The notes beneath the pieces were generated by a model that had not been told where the DNA came from, searched no databases, and worked only from the letters and a program-made list of their open reading frames with translations. A program made the translations under genes and the position numbers. Of a stretch of DNA of 64,000 nt, positions 59,933-64,000 are shown in pieces. Positions within the stretch are counted from its first letter, which is position 1, and each line of letters starts with the position of its first letter. The stretch is taken from assembly GCA_051942205.1 (NCBI GenBank), contig JAVECO010000017.1:62001-126000 (forward strand), given 5' to 3'. Origin of the DNA: Coniocarpon cinnabarinum (Eukaryota).

Positions 59933-61015
59933 ATGTCTTACAACGATAGCTCCAACTACGGCTCCGGCGGCTCAGGTGGTGTAAGTTTACCCCTCCGTTG
60001 CAGGCGTGATGTACATTGTACATGTCTCGTCGCACAGCGAGGAATAGATAGCAAGATTACTCCATGACTCCGTGTTATCAACCAGATCCGCAAAAACGAT
60101 TTCAACACTACTAACATTCTCCTAGTATGGCGGCAACCGTGACGAATACAGCAGCGGTGGCAGCGGCATGCGCTCTGGCATGGGTGACCGTGACGACTCT
60201 ATGCGCGGCGGCAATTACGAATCACAGAGTGACCGAATGGGTGGAGGAATGAGTGGCCGTGATGATACCCTGGGTGGTAGTGGTGGCGGCTACGGCTCAT
60301 CAGGCAGCGGCATGGGTGGCAGCGGCATGGGCGGTCGTGACGACACAATGGGCAGTGGTGGTGGCTATGGCTCATCAGAGGGACGCCTGGGTGGACGCGG
60401 TGACGATTCCTACGGTATGTTACAAGCTCTACAGTATATTGAGCCGCACGCGCAGCAGTCTTGGTCGAATCTGAGCACTCTACACAATGCTAGACTAATC
60501 AACCTCCTGCAGGGTCTGGCGGTGTTGGCACATCAGGCCGTGGCGACGACTCATACGGATCGTCGGGTCGTGGTAATGAATCCTACGGGTCTTCGGGTCG
60601 TGGGGACGACTCGTATGGATCTTCAGGTCGCGGCGGTGAATCATATGGATCTCGTCAAGACGAAGGTTACGGACAGCAGGGTGGCGGTGAGTCTTACATT
60701 CCCCTGCTTCGATCGCCTTCATCTTCGATCACAGCGTGCGCGACAGCTTACATACTCTTGCATCACCACATACCACCGTCATCACCTGTCGCATGTGGTT
60801 GTTCAAAGCGCCTGATGCTAACGATAGGCTAAGCAGGCTCCTATGAGCACGATTCGGAGACGAGCGGCGGCCACAAGAAAGAATCTGGTGGAGATTCTTT
60901 CATGGGCAAGGTCAAGGAAACCATTGGTTCGAAATTGAAGAACGAGAACCTGGCGGAGAAGGGTCGTGAGCAGCGAGAGGATGCTGGCTATGGTGGTAGA
61001 AGTGATAACTACTAG
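59933..61015 (+). CDS. Gly/Ser/Asp/Arg-rich hydrophilin-like protein
   Basis: Four exons (introns 59981-60125, 60415-60512, 60687-60836); GRGDDSYGSS-type repeats; C-terminal DSFMGKVKETIGSKLKNENLAEKGREQR. Confidence 0.85.
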
Positions 61016-63323
61016 ACTCAGTGCAGTGCACATTCATGGGGCAGTGAGACTCGCCTCAACATGGTCATGACCATCAGCACCACGCCTCCTATCATCGCAG
61101 GATGCAATCGTCCTGAATGTTGAATTTGATGATCAATACGCAATCTACTTGATCCGAAGTATCAACGGGGCTCCAAAAGATTCCTGCGCCCGTTATCAAG
61201 GCTCAGGTCGTCCTTTTGCGTGAAAGAAGGCATTTACCCTGCCATTATTCTTAGCTGCTTCTCGTGTTTCTTCAACTTGCCCGACCAGATGCGCAGAAGC
61301 TGCTGTGCGTTCTGCCTGATAAGATCTGAGCCCGGATATTATCGCTGACTCGCGTTCTGTGACGCATGCCCAGACACCTGATTGCAGACCTCTATTCTAG
61401 ATCCGTCTGCTATGCAGTCAACACTCTCCAGTGCGAGAACCGTTCACCAGCCACACACTACCCCACGTCGCGGATGCTAAAGACCCATCCGGGCACGCAA
61501 CGAGGTACCTCGAGATACAACGCCGCGCGTCAAACCCCAGAAGGCAAAGACACAGGCCTCGTCGATCGCCGCAACCGGACACCAAGCGTCATGTGAAGGG
61601 TGCAGTCTGATCGCCTGACCGGCAACCAGCCAATGTTGGGAACGGGGTGTGGAGGGCAGCTGGGGAAGGGTCAGGCGATCAGCAAGCAAGCTGGTGGTGG
61701 GCAGGCGGATGCTGACAAGGACCGGGCCGGGGGCTGCGTGGGCTGCGTGCGAGGCTCAACCGGGAATCCGTCTCGCGATCTGTGGGGTCCATGGCAGTCT
61801 TGACGGACCTTGCTAAGACTTCAGGCAGCAGCATTGCAGGGGAGCCGCAGCTACGTGTCCTCTGTGAATGCTGAGCATTCAAGTTGTGACTGTCCCACTT
61901 GGAGCGCACGACGGATGTGAATGGCATCTAGCGCAGGTGTCCGTGGGTCACGTGTTGGCTTTGTCTCTGGAAAGCAATTTCCGAGGCGAGGGGAGCTAGT
62001 ATGGAAGAAGTCAAGTGCGGCTCTGAAGGTTGCATCCCTATACGAGTCCGCTTGTGATATCGAGCCCCAAACCGAATTGATAAAACCCATCGGAATACGG
62101 CTGAAGTGACAGGTCTGGCAGATACGCGCGAGTGGGAGGAGAAGCAGTCGCCTGCAGATATCAGCAGCGACAAGGGCCAAGGAAGGAGATGAAGCTGGGA
62201 TGCGCATTATGTGGGGAGCAGCGCAGCCAGGATTTGAGCTATTTACGGCATCGCTAGCCACACCAGAGCTCGAGGTGATGTTTCGCCGTCGACGAGATTC
62301 GAGCAGCGCGTCTCAACATGCTAGCGATGGTGCGCATTCGTCGGCTGAGCAACTGGCTGCTGTGGCCTTGCAGTACAAAGGCGCAAGTGACTCGTTGCGG
62401 TTGACTAAGATCGTCGAGCATCGTTTTTTCTCGCCGGCTTGATCATTACGGTCACACTGTCTGCTACAAAGTCCATAGTCGGGGCTCATCGGTGGAAGTT
62501 GGATATAGTGCCACGCCAGTGGCAGAGGCAGTCTAAACCATGAGCTCCTGACATGAAGAAGTCTTGAGCTGTTGACGAAGCACCAGATCGTGTTACAGCA
62601 AGTACTCTCGTCCCGGACCTGTGCTGTCACTTCTCTGCCTGCAGCTACCCGTGTCGTCGAAACCTTCTGCACTCTCAGCTGAAGAGTATAGTTCGCGGTT
62701 CTCGTCTCGTCCACTGTCGAAGGGGCAAGATGGAACGGTCCACGGGGGTGGTGACGGTGCACGAAAAGGGAGTAGTCGGTGTGCCCAGGGTGCTGGGTGT
62801 GCCGAGCCAGCATTGGCGGGCGGCTAACGCGGCAAGGGGGCCAACCATGACTCCGCACCAGGCCCGATTCGCGCTCGTCTCTCCGCTGTGCTCAAGGTGC
62901 GCCCGCTTGTCCTGCCCTGCCCTGCCCTGTCCTGCTCGTCCGCCGTCCTGACCACTCCCACTCCCACCACCACCACCATCCACCGCCAGCCAGCTCCTCA
63001 TCTTGCTTCCTAGCCTCCCACTACTGCCCTTCTCCTACTCGCCAGCCTTGTCGCCCTCTCCTCCCAAACCCTGCGTGCTGTCTTGCATGCCCGCCGCCCA
63101 GCCTGCGACTCGACGCCACTCTCCCTCTGGCGTGTGCCTCACGCCTCCTTCCAACCTTTCCAACGCCTATCCTTTGACTGGTTTCGGCCGGGTGTAGCGG
63201 CGACACCTTTGCGACTCCTGGGCCGCTACACCACAACTCACCACACAACTCCAGCACTTCGCTCATTTGCTCCGATCTGAGCCTCTGTCGTTGTTCGCGT
63301 CTCAGGATCTTGCTGCGCCCTCA

Positions 63324-64000
63324 ATGAGCAGCAATCCTGCTCCTTCCAACTCCCAACCCAGGACCACCAATGACGCCGATGTAGCTTCACCGCCAGACGT
63401 TCCTCCTCGTATGCCGCTTCTCAGCTCTCGATTCCCACTTGCCATGACGCGTTGCGCGCATTGGCAAGAGGAAGCTCAAACGTTGCTAACTCACCACACC
63501 AGAATCATCATCGTCGTCGCCGCCATCCGCTTCCCCCGTCCATGGCACAGCTTCTGCGTCTACTCCTGCTCCAGCGAACACAACCTCACCTCGACAACCG
63601 GAGCTCAATTCAACTCTCGATTCAGAAGGTCGACCAGCAAGAAAGCGCTCGATGACCGATGTCGGAAGGGCCAGCCCGCAGCCAAGGAATGACGACAATA
63701 TGGAACCACAGCAAAGAAAGTCGTCCGCCCAGAACACGTCCGAACGAAGAAGGAAAAGCAGTGGAGGCCAGAATCGGCGCGGTCAAGGAACGGCCGGAGC
63801 AGCCAACACGCGGGCGCCCAGTGCAAACGGGCCCACGCAGCAGAAGCCGCAGAAAACGCGAATGTCCAAGTTCCTTGCCATGTTCAATTGCTGCGCAGCG
63901 CCTTCAGGCGACAATACGCAAATGGTCGACACAGAGCCCACACGCAAGGTAGATCGACCTAGTCAAAGTACACAGAGCACGCCACCTCAAAAGTCGGAAA
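63324..64000 (+). CDS. 5' part of a probable Psr1-like plasma-membrane phosphatase (FCP/SCP family)
   Basis: Exon 63324-63408, intron 63409-63502, then an open frame to the window end containing SKFLAMFNCC (amphipathic di-cysteine motif). The catalytic domain is not in the window. Confidence 0.6.

Noticed and set aside
60818..60836. Alternative TAG acceptor at 60827 giving an early stop in the hydrophilin gene
   Set aside because: It is only about 5 nt from the branch point, too close for normal use; the CAG at 60836 keeps the frame.

Overview
Gene-dense, intron-containing DNA from a filamentous ascomycete (Pezizomycotina), judged from GT-AG introns with RCTRAY branch points and RIP-like mutation of repeats. 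About 20 protein genes are supported. In order: the 3' part of a highly reducing PKS (AT-DH-dead cMT-degenerate ER-KR-ACP), a Sec7/PH Arf-GEF, a flavin-binding split-barrel protein, an SDR, a PTH11-like receptor, Xaa-Pro aminopeptidase, UBP12, an Atg38-like MIT/coiled-coil protein, a secreted CBM9-like protein, a BTB protein, a large methyltransferase-domain protein, a small Cys/His protein, a tandem pair of orphan genes, a DUF3445 protein, a Wsc1-like sensor, CPA1/arg-2 with its three-exon arginine attenuator uORF, a second SDR, a PARN-like nuclease, a Gly-rich hydrophilin and the start of a Psr1-like gene. The main unexplained feature is a diverged repeat family with a ~144-155 bp unit and an almost gap-free core. 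It occurs inside an unusually long PKS intron, as a RIP-mutated 4-copy array, as a tandem pair and as a single copy. A Tc1/mariner-type MITE lies between the array and the pair. Other notable items are a competing 3' splice site that would remove the arginine-sensing core of the CPA1 uORF, an AUG-less open frame upstream of UBP12, and a protein-kinase relic. All family assignments come from motif recognition by eye; no database search was run.
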